Source: Tubulanus polymorphus (Eukaryota > Animalia > Nemertea). From it: a stretch of 64,000 bases of DNA. The stretch lies in assembly GCF_964204645.1 (NCBI RefSeq), contig NC_134034.1, positions 1,550,072-1,614,071 of the forward strand. The letters run 5' to 3'. Shown here in pieces: positions 1 through 11,500 of the stretch. The notes beneath the pieces are model-generated. The model did no database searches and was not told the origin of the DNA. It saw only the letters and a list, made by a program, of their open reading frames with translations. A program made the translations under genes and the position numbers. Numbering within the stretch: the stretch's first letter is position 1; each line of letters opens with the position of its first letter.

Positions 1-5
1 TTACC

Positions 6-668
6 TTGGACGAATTGTCGACTCTAATTACTGAAATAGAGGCTACAATAAACGATCGTCCTCTAACGTACATGACAAATGATGACGATGAGATCATTCC
101 CTTAACTCCATCACATTTAATTTGTGGGAGAATGATTACTCTGTTACCTCAACCGGTAGTTGAAGAAAACGAACTAATTGATCCGAATTTTAACTTACCG
201 CCCATCGGTTTCTCCGACGCGAAGAAACGCATGAAATACTTAGACAGTCTTTTCCAAGATTACTGGATACGGTGGCGAAATGAATATTTGCCAACCTTAA
301 GGGAAAACCACTGTCAGACGCTAAAGCGGGGTGGCATTACGGAAAATCATGTCAAAATAGGCGATATAGTGATCGTTCATGATGACTCAAAAAAGAGAAT
401 CTTTTGGCAACTCGCTATCATTGAAGGTCTGAACAAGGGCAACGACGGTCTTGTGAGATCCGCGGTAATTCGTACTAAAAGCGGGATTACGAATAGACCC
501 CTTAAAAAATTATACCCCTTAGAAGTCAATTCTGATAGTGGCGAGAAAATGAATGATGAATCATCGCCTCTAATTAGTAATATTCAACCCCCAATGAAAA
601 TAAAACGAAATGCAGCATTGAACGCTAGAAATAAAATAAAAAACTGGTGTGACAAACTGGTCGACTAA
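6..668 (+). mobile_element. BEL/Pao LTR retrotransposon polyprotein, C-terminal end (integrase end plus DUF5641-type region); 5' part outside the window
   Basis: Translation has BEL/Pao-typical motifs: EIEATINDRPL, LTPSHLI, YWIRWRNEYLPTLRE, KIGDIVIV, WQLAIIEGL, GNDGLVRSAVIRT, RPLKKLYPLE. Confidence 0.92.
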
Positions 669-1340
669 TGCACAGGTTCAGCCTAATCAGAGTATAATTC
701 AAACTTATGTTCATAATGTTTCTTAATATGAGTTAATTTCATTTTTGAAGATTTATAATGTTAAGAACATGTTCTTCTATGTTTTTCAATTATTAAAATG
801 TGTAAATGACGATCACCATAGTATATATGTAAAATTTAATGTTAATTGAAATGTAAGTTGAATCTTAACAGTGAAAATCATGTATGTATACATTCAAGCA
901 CAAATTGTATTAATGTTGAAATATTATGTAATTTCCTTTCTATTATATACCTGAATATATATCGGAGTAAATGTTCTTTTTATTTCTGATATTCACATGT
1001 TTTTAATTTCAAGAATACGTCAATCAATATTGTAATCTGTTATCTCATAATAATGCTATACAATATCCTAGTTATCATGTATACACCTATATTTTAGTTG
1101 AGACACAACGCAATGTCAAAGTTTAACGTCAAAGCTTAATGTCAATGTTTAATGTCAAAGCAATCTCAGTTTTGTGTTAAATGAAGATTAAGAGTAATGC
1201 AAACTTGATGTATCGAAGATTTAGTGATTCTGATATGAAATTGGAAATTGATTAATTTCTCATTTTTTACGTAGGCTTATTAACCTCATAGGTATTCCTA
1301 ATTGATTATACATCCTATTTTTTCTTCCCGCCGCCGGGAG

Positions 1341-1534
1341 TGTTTCGAAAGTTCGGTTACTAAGCCGCTCATCTGGTTTGTGTTTATATATTTACTGTGG
1401 ATGACATCTTGTTTATGTTTATTCTCCATCTATGTGAAATAAAATCAGTCACTTCCAAGGTTTCGTAGTAACCAGACGTGTTGCTTCTTTCTCTCGGATC
1501 TGTCCCCTCTGGTCGAATCGAACCTTTCACGACA
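1341..1534 (+). mobile_element. Probable 3' LTR of the BEL/Pao element
   Basis: Follows the ORF's AT-rich 3' region and a short purine tract (gggag). Starts TGTTTCGAAAG and ends CTTTCACGACA (TG...CA, imperfect inverted termini). Contains AATAAA at ~1438. The 5' LTR is not in the window, so it is unconfirmed. Confidence 0.65.
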
Positions 1535-2520
1535 AGGCTCTCTTAGTTTGCACTTTAAGGCGGCGGGGTTGAGATTCTTCGAGTTCTATCTCTCGTCCTG
1601 AATACACAGTAGTGAAACACGTCGAGGAGAGCGTGCATGGTTTATACTACGAGTCGACCGCGCGTGCTCTGTGTTACCGAAAGCATCGTCAGATTACAAA
1701 TACATAGAGCTAATACTTCACAGTTTATCCAACAGTCAATCTTTATATCTGACGCAGACGATACTTGATTAAACAGGCGTCAATTCGTATAGTTTATAGT
1801 AACCTTCAAGTGACCGCGATCACGTGTTTATGAACTCGAGATCGCGCGGACGAGAGGGTTACTCTCCGATGATGGTGGCCAGGTCCGCGACCTCCGTCTA
1901 CGATTTCTGATAATATTTACTCGAACAATTCGTGTCAGGAATACACGCAGTTCGTAGCTGTTCTTCGGGTCACGATAAGTTGAAAACGACTCGCGATCGG
2001 AATTTTAATCCTCGAAAAAAATGATCGCTACGATCGCGATGCCGTCCCGGGGTTAAATTCCGTGAAATAAGTTTCACCTTAAAACGGTTGAATTTGAAAA
2101 GTCGAACGATCGATTTAGCCTATAAGCAAAATCACAACAATTAGAAAATGCATCCGTGAATATTATAAATACCACGACACGTATATCGCAGCTGGGCATT
2201 TAACACAATAAAGGGAAAAATGGAACAATCTGTAGCTTTTTGTTCGATTCTGTTTTCATGGCCCACCCAGTGCTCACCCATGTCTTTTATCATTGCATTT
2301 CAACAATCCATCCTCAAGAAAACATCCAGGTCTACCTACCTTACCTTCTAAAAGATTAAATAATCAAAGTTAGATACAATTATACTTAGTTAATCTTAAA
2401 GCTGCGTAACACAGATTTATCAGACACTCAGCACACGTGTATTGATAAATTTCTCAGGCAATTGTTTTGTGATTTTCTGCTTTTCGTATTTCAAATTTCA
2501 TTCTTCCTCGTTATATCTAG

Positions 2521-5500
2521 GATGGCAGAACGCTGTTGATAGGAGCCGTTGGGAGCTGGTTTTGGCAAGGTAACTTTCTTAAAACAATAATTTTAAGAGA
2601 AAACACTATATTTTTGCACATCGAAAGAATTGATGACACGTCAAAAGAACAGATATATTGTTCTGCACACATTCTTACTTTCGATAATTTCGGGGTTTTG
2701 TTTCCAGGTCAACTTTTTTCCAACAATTTACTAGAAGTGTCGAAACAGCACTTGGAAACAAGGGAAGGTCATTACAGTGAAGATTACAGCTATCAAGGTA
2801 TGACTTTATTTTCGGGTGCGGCTTCATCTGTCGAGCAATTATTTCAACATAATTCACCTCGTAGATTTTGTGAACTGGGTCTTGAAGTTATCCCTAGGGA
2901 TAAATCCTTAACCTGGACCTGGTCTTATAGACTGGGTATCAAAGTTATCCCTAGGGATAAATCCTTAACCTGGACCTGGTTTTATAGACTGGGTATCAAA
3001 GTGATCCCTAGGGATAAATCCTTAACCTGGACCTGGTTTTATAGACTGGGTATCAAAGTCATCCCTAGGGATAAATCCTTAACCTGGTCCCGGTTTTATA
3101 GACTGGGTATCAAAGTTATCCCTAGGGATAAATCCTTAACCTGGAGCCGGTTTTATAGACTGGGTATCAAAGTTATCCCTAGGGATAAATCCTTAAACTG
3201 GACCTGGTTTTATAGACTGGGTATCAAAGTTATCCCTAGGGACAAATCCTTAACCTGGGCCTGGTTTTATAGACTGGGTATCAAAGTTATCCCTAGGGAC
3301 AAATCCTTAACCTGGGCCTGGTTTTATAGACTGGGTATCAAAGTTATCCCTAGGGATAAATCCTTAACCTGGACCCGGTTTTATAGACTGGGTATCAAAG
3401 TTACCCCTAGGTGCAAATCCTTAACCTGGACCCGGTTTTATAGACTGGGTATCAAAGTTATCCCTAGGGATAAATCCTTAACCTGGACCCGGTTTTATAG
3501 ACTGGGTATCAAAGTTATCCCTAGGGATAAATCCTTACCCTGGACACGGTTTTATAGACTGGGTATCAAAGTTATCCCTAGGTGCAAATCCTTAACCTGG
3601 ACCCGGTTTTATAGACTGGGTATCAAAGTTATCCCTAGGGATAAATCCTTAACCTGGACCCGGTTTTATAGACTGGGTATCAAAGTTACCCCTAGGGATT
3701 TCCTTTCGGTATCAGCGCCTCCTGGTTTTCATCTAAGAAAACTATTCGTACATTTTATAGGCTATTCCACCGGAATCGGCGAATTTACGTTCGACGACAA
3801 ACCAGGTACGAATTCAATCGATGCTTCCTCCAATTGTATAGCAATAGATTAATTAATTCCTGATAAAATCGATATCTAACTCAATGATAATTCTGACGTA
3901 TTTATACTGTTACATGTGACACGTAGCGTCGAATTTGAAATTTGTTCATGTTTGATTTTTTAACTAAATAGATTATGTGGCCGGTGTGCCCCGGGCGGAT
4001 GGTCTGCTGGGTCGAGTCATGATTTATGACCACAACATGGAATATCTTCATAACATAACAGGAGAACAGGTACGTCGCTTTTATTCGACTCTGAACCAAT
4101 TGAAAAATAAGCCATCTCTCACCTTAATTGGATTAGAAGTTCACAATAGTTCATATCAATAGCAAATTTCTCAAGTGCCAATTTTAGATAGCCTATACGG
4201 ACAAAAATCCGTTGTTGAAGTATGAAAAACTTAGAAAGATTTTTGATAATGAAATTGATTTGAAAAAAAGTCATTTATACAATTTCAGTTTGGAGCATAT
4301 TTTGGATATTCGATGGCTGTAGTCGATTTGAACGGAGATGGGTAAGTAGAGCTTGGTGATTCCCCATAAGTAGGACCGAGTCGCACGGCTGAATTCTGAA
4401 ACTCGATTTCGTCGTAGCACCTCTGAGATATTCGAATTATCATTTTACGAGGCACGGTCTGAGAGATCGCGCTCAGATCGAAACGGCGAACGAACCTTTC
4501 AAAGTCCACTCATGCGCGATCTATAGATTGACCGGATAGGTCAGTTTCGGATTGTTCTGGTACAAACCAGTTTATGGCGCGTACGACAAAAGGTCACGTT
4601 ATGACGTGTTGACGGCTCTGCGGACCGAGTTCTGTACACGAGAACTTTACAACGAAACGCCGATTAGCATGTTTATTTTTCCTAGGAGATTTATTCTAAA
4701 CAACTACTTCAACTGTTCTAAATGTTTTCAGAGCCGATGATATAATTGTGGGGGCTCCATTTTACTCGAGTTACAAATCTGAAAATTACGACACAGGTCG
4801 AGTTTTCATTTATTACCAAAATCCGAGAGGGGTAAGTCGAACGATCAAATATTAACCCTTTCTGTGGGGTGCCGAACTTCCATCGACCTTGAAGAACTAC
4901 GCCGGGTTCGAGTCCCGAGTTTCTCGCTTTTAAAACTGATCGCGGCTTCTTCGTCTATTTTTGCGCGCAGAGTCCTCAGCGTTTCTCTACGGATAACTAC
5001 CACTACATCGACGGGTTCGGACACAAGTCTCGTTTCGGACAGGCGCTGACCAAACTCAACGATATCAACAGCGACGGAATAGCCGGTAAATATTTTTCTT
5101 TCAATTAATGAAATTTTTAAATATTTTTCTTAAATAACACCAATATTCCGTTATAATGATGTATATTATTTACAAGAAGTCCCACAATCAGAGAGCTGGA
5201 AAATTAGAATTTCAAAATGTTAAAATTATTCATCGGCTGAAGATCCGAATTTTCGGTTTTCGATTTAGAACCATTTAAAGGAATGGTTTAGATTTAGAAC
5301 CATTTTAAGGAATGGTTTAGATTTAGAACCATTTTAAGGAATGGTTTGGATTTAGAACCATTTAAAGGAATGGTTTAGATTTAGAACCATTTAAAGGAAT
5401 GGTTAGATTTAGAACCATTTTAAGGAATGGTTTAGATTTAGAACCATTTTAAGGAATGGTTTGGATTTAGAACCATTTAAAGGAATGGTTTAGATTAAGA

Positions 5501-8500
5501 ACTATTTTAAGAAATGGTTTAGATTTAGAACCATTTAAAGGAATGGTTTAGATTTAGATTATGAATGTTCCTTGAAAATGGTTCTTTTAGTGGAATACCG
5601 AAAATTGGGATTTGATTATAAGAAAACATTTTGATAGTTTAACTTTTCGGTCTGCTAAATGTGGGACTTAATTCGCGAAGCAAACGTCAAACAATCCTTG
5701 ATTTGAAAATATGTACTATTATTATCTTTGTAACCATATAAACATCGACCTCATCTCACAAACAACTCTATTTTATTCTACGTACAGATTTAGCAGTGAC
5801 AGCCCCGTACGAGGACGAACAGGGGGTAGTGTACATTTACCACGGTTCTATCGACGGTATCATACGGGAACCGTCCCAGGTAAGCGCATAGACTTTCATC
5901 TAGAAATTTAAATGATCTTCCTTCTTGTCTATAAGATAAAATTTGATTCTACTTGTCGTGTTATAAACCCATCACGCTTGCCGGAACGAAAGCGGGGTTT
6001 CGATTTGAATCAGAAATCGAATTCCGAGTACCAGATTGAGTCGATCTTACGGAATTTTCTGTTATAATCGAAGTACTTAATTAGACATTTCGGTCCCGGT
6101 TCATGTAAACAATCTTCCATCAAGCCTGCTCTGGCAAGCGACTGGGCAACAATGAAAATCTGATATCCACAAAACTGCGACCTTTGATATTTCAAATCTT
6201 AATTTGCTTTAATTTCTGACAATTTAGGGAATAAGTCAGGGATGAAAATTTATGGGATTTATTGAAATTTATCAGAGTTGGAAATATATAAAACAGATTT
6301 TCGCCAAAGACCTTCGAATTCGCAACTGTTGTTTTTTATTCCTAGGTGATAAAAGCCAACGATGTTTCGCCGGGTTTGAAAACGTTCGGGTTTTCAATAT
6401 CTGGAGGGATTGATTTAGATGACAATCACTACCCGGACTTATTGATCGGCGCGTACGAATCCGATAAAGCAGTCGTGCTCAGGTCAGTAACAATAACATC
6501 GAAATTCTGATTGGCGCGTAGTAATCTTAATTTTGAATACGGTTATTGGTCAGAGTCATCCTATCTCGCCTTTGATTGGCCATATTCCAATTATATCTCG
6601 TCCCTGATTAATCAGATTCCATCTCGTCTCTGATTGGCTAGATTCAAATAACCTCGCCTCCCATTGGTCAAATTCAATTGCATACTGATTCTCTCCTCAG
6701 TGATAATTTGTCCTCTCCTGCTATTTTCTAGGTCTCGACCGATAATAAAACTAAACCCGACGATGAATTTCATTCCCGATGTGATAGACCTCGACGACGC
6801 CGATTGCGATATTGGCAACGGACGAAAAGTGACTTGGTAAGATTTTCCAAATCTCGAAAATCTCAAATTGTGTGAAAACATCAGAGGCTGGCTGCATAGT
6901 CATGACTTAGACTTAAGACCAGTCTAAGACCAACTTAGTTCTATAGCCATTCTAACAACTTTAGACAAGTCTTAAGAGACTTATTGGTCTCAAGCGATGA
7001 CTGTGCAACTGGCTCCTGTCGCACAGTCGTGACTTAAGTCAAAGAGTATATAGACCTTGAGACTAAGACCGGTCTTTTAGATTTAGCTATAGACCTAAAG
7101 TTGTTCTTAGACTGGTCTTACATCTGAGCCATGAATGTGCAACTAGCCCTGATCTAAGTGAGCCGCTAACACTTGGCCAGTTTTCAAGACGTTTCATTTT
7201 TTTCTTGTGTAGTTTAACTTTGAGGACATGTTTGCTGTATGGAGGTATTGGTGTACCCGATCAAATAGGTGAGTGAGAACCATAAACCCCCTATGACATC
7301 ATCATCATCGACAGATTACCTACAAGTGAGTTGTCCAATAAATCCTTTTCAAAGATGTGTGCCACGATCAATACACATTCCACCAGAAAAGATGGCTGAC
7401 TCCACATATCCCCAAATGACATCATCGAACTTGACCTTTGACCTCCGCTTATTAATTTGGTCTCTAGACCCTCACAATTTTAATGACAATATTTTTCACA
7501 AATCGCTCACTGTTTTTAATGTTATTTTGTTTGTTTTTTGTTTAGAGTTACATTTAGAATTAGAGTTGGATCACTTGAATTCGGACGCACCGCGTGCTTT
7601 ATTCATCAACACCGAATTGAATCCACATCGAATCAACATCAGCGCTCAGTTAAACAAAGCATCGCTCTGGTGCCGCGAGGATATCGTTTATTTATCGGTA
7701 AGTAATCAACATGTTCACCAGATGTCGCTAGTGTGCAGTAGGGCATCAGCTACTGCGGCAAAAGAGGATTCCACGTGTGGCAAGTGAGGATCCACCAGGT
7801 GTCTCTAGTGTACAGTAGGGCATTAACTACTGCGGCAATATAGGATTCCACTTGTCGTAAGTGAGGATCCACCAGGTGTCACTAGTAGAAGGTAAAATTC
7901 GTTAATTTCAAATTCGAATTGTAGAAAACGATTCGCGATAAACTGACGCCGTTGTCGAGCAGTTTGAAATATCGTCTGGTCGAAAAGTCGAACCCGAAAC
8001 CGAAAGAATTGCTGCCGATACTGGATCAGTTTCAATCCGGAACTCGTAACCTACTCGTATCCCAGGTAAGACTCGTCATTTATCAACTCCAGACTCGGTC
8101 AATAGAATTAATTTTCTCCATCTTGGATAGGATTTTTTAAAAGTCGTTCCTTTTGAAATTTTCAGGCGAGGTTTAAGACTAACTGTGGCCCCGACAATAT
8201 CTGTATTCCAGATTTGGTCGTCAAAACTAAGAAGTAGGTCATTTTTACCCAGACTTCATAAATCCCCCTATGACATCATCTCCAAGTGATCTGATCGAAA
8301 TTCTCGAAAAAGTTGGCCGCCTCCATAAATCCCCCTGTGACGTCATTAGATTGCTTCAATTTGATGATGTCATAGGGGATTCATCGAAATAGCCATCTTT
8401 TCTAAAAGGGTCTCTAAGCTAAATCACTATTCGGTAATTTGATGACGTCACAGTGGGGTTTGTGTAGGCAGACATCATTTCGGTTTTAAAGATCTACATT

Positions 8501-11500
8501 ATTAATTGTAAATTGAATAAAGTAGGAAACGAAAACCTGTTTCTTTTTTATTTCAGAATCACTAAATTTCACACAATCGGCAGCAAAGACGCCATAGAAT
8601 TCGTAACGACGATTCTCAATAAACTAGAGGATGCTTACGAGGCGACCGTTTATATTAAACTGCCCCCTGGTGTCGGATATTTCAACATCGATACGAAAGA
8701 AAAGGTATTCATAATACGCGATTATCCATTGTATTCGGAAATCTTATGCTAATTCATCGCAAAAATCGCAAATATTTACATATCGAGAGAAAAATAAAAA
8801 AGTCGCCATCTTATGAATAGCGCCGCGTAGTGGCTTTTATTGTAATCAGCAGTTGGAGTCTAAGTATCAAAATAGCGCTACATATTTAACAAAAACGTTT
8901 TTATATCTACTTGAGAATATCAAACAATATTTGATGGAATTACAACAAGTGAAATATTGAAAATAAATTTGAGTAAATGTAGATATTGATCGATTTATGA
9001 TATAATTTGAACACCGGTCACATAAAAACCGGGTCAGACGTATATATAAAATGGCGGACGTTACGTAAGCATACTTACCTGGCACAGAGGTCCACCGTGA
9101 TCTGGAAGGCGGTGCCTCTATGGCGAGGCCTGTCATTGCACAAAGACTGGTTGACCCATACGATCTCCCCAAATGTGGGAGACTCGGGTGTACAATTTCT
9201 GGTAGTGGGGGACTGCGTTCGCGCTATCCCCTCTTTACACAAGTAAAATTAATATCCTCCCGCGATACTGCTACCCGAATAATTGCGAAGTGTAGTCGAG
9301 ATCTTACGTTGTATCCTGGATTGTGTATGACAGGCTATAGATTCAAGGGATGAAAAAAGGATAAACGTTAATATAATTCACAATTTGTCACCAAGCACTG
9401 TATTATAGAAAGAGCAATGTAGATTTTCGTTTGGGCCAGCGAAAGGCCGCTGTCGCAAACACCCGGTAAAAGGAGAAGTAATACGAAGATACCAAGGGGT
9501 TACTTTAAAGCCATCTCGTAACAACTGACCGTCAAAGCAAGGTATCCTCTGACGAATCCCAGCGCGAGAGGAATCGGGCCGAGTGTTTTTTTTTTAAACT
9601 AAATATAAGCATGGTTTGATTGATGTGAATTTCTTGAAGATTTTTTTCCTCATTTTCTCTTCAGAAATCTGGAGTCAGTTGCGGCCTGTCCAGCATCAAT
9701 AACAGTAGCTACGTAGTCTGCAGCGTCGGCAATCCGTTGATCGGCCAATCAAAATCGCAATTCACCGTTACTATGACGACGTCGCAGTTGACGGCAACGG
9801 TTGACTCTTTGAAATTTGAATTAAACGTGAACAGGTAAATCAGAACCCGGTTTTACAGACCGACATTACCTTATACCCGGGGGTTAATTCAATTCTTTTT
9901 CAATTGAGTTAACCCCACGGTTAAAGGTAAGACCAGTCTGTAAAACCTATCCCCGGTTAATTTAGATACCTTTAACCTGGGTGTCTGACTCATTTTCAAT
10001 TGAGTTAACCCAACGGTTAAAGGTAAGACCAGTCTGTAAAACCTACCCCCGGTTAATTTAGATACCTTTAACCTGGGTGTCTGACTCATTTTCAATTGAG
10101 TTAACCCAACGGTTAAAGGTAAGACCAGTCTGTAAAACCTACCCCCGGTTAATTTAGATACCTTTAACCTGGGTGTCTGACTCATTTTCAATTGAGTCTT
10201 CCCCCGTAAGTTGATATCATTCTGTAAATCTAGATTGAGATTCTACAAAGATTTTTTAGTTTTTGTTTGAAGACTCGGTAATAATTATTGTTAAATGTTA
10301 TTTTTTTTCTTTGCAGCACTAACGCGGAAAACATCAGCACGTCGGCTGACAACGCTGTCATTCTCCATATTCCAATCAGAGTCGTAGCACAGATCCAGCT
10401 GACCGGGCAAGTCAATAATACTCCAGCTGACCGGGCAATATAGTAAAATATCGTAGCATCGGTGAACACGAATAACATTTCGTCCTTCGTGAATGCAACG
10501 CGTATGATAACTTAAGAAATGGCCTATAAAACAAAACTGAGGATGTAATAAATGTTGATATAATATGTATCATCACTTTCAAGTACCGAGTCGTTAAAAA
10601 ACTAGGCCTCAACGCGTCTATCGATCTATATCAAAAGGACGACATAAAGTACCATGGATATGTAACATATCTCGTTTGCCTTCTTAGATGACACTTTTAT
10701 AGGCCTATAATTTTTTCTATTTCATAACGATATTTCATCAGTAAAAGAGCATTATACTTAGCTAGTCAGGATAGTCGCCATCCACGAAAATGATTCGTGC
10801 ATAAATTATGTAAATTATATTTTCGAAATGGCTGTCGTAGCAAATTTAAAGGTCTCGACTTAAAACAAACGACTGGAGTCGTGTTCATTTTATGTAATTT
10901 TTTTTATATTTATATTTTATATTTTTATATTTATTTTTTTATATTTTTACGTTACAGGGTTTCGAACCCGGAACAACTGGTATTTAACATCACCGACGCC
11001 GCTGAGTTCGTGAAGTTACCAGCGAAATACCTGCGAGAACGAGATGTCGGACCTGAGGTGACTCATCTGTACCAGCTGAAGAATATCGGACCCAGTTCGA
11101 TCAGCCGCGCAGACGTGGAGATCCTCTGGCCAAGCATCATCTCGGAGAACAACGAACATCTGCTTTACCTGGTCGAGATGCCCAAGGTCATCAAAGGCGA
11201 AGGTCATTGCGTTGCGGAATATGTAAATCCAGAAGACATTAAGGTATTCAGCTGGGGCGCCAATTCCACAGCACCCAGTTCCTCAGTTTCGGACCAAGTT
11301 TCACACTTCTAGATCTAGTTCCGCAGTTCTTGGTTCCAGTTCCACAGGTTCTAGACCCAGTTCGACAGTTCTGGATCCAGTTCCACAGTTTTAGCCAGTT
11401 CCACAGCTCAGCGGGCAAATCCACAATCCAGGATCCTGGACCCAGTTCCACAGTTCTGAGTTAAGATTTGACTCAGAGTTAACTCAATGAAAATGAACTA

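Noticed and set aside
2888-2903. TAGGGATAA resembling an I-SceI site
   Set aside because: Only half of the 18-bp site; it is part of a palindrome.
2536-3852. 438-aa ORF as a repeat protein
   Set aside because: It is three integrin exons plus stop-free introns; the repeats are a 57-bp DNA satellite.
6505-6690. Cluster of ~6 ATTGG/CCAAT boxes as an internal promoter
   Set aside because: The ~30-bp periodicity fits a decayed tandem repeat in a short intron; no other promoter evidence.
9549-9580. Hammerhead (CTGACGA)
   Set aside because: No GAAA after a stem II.
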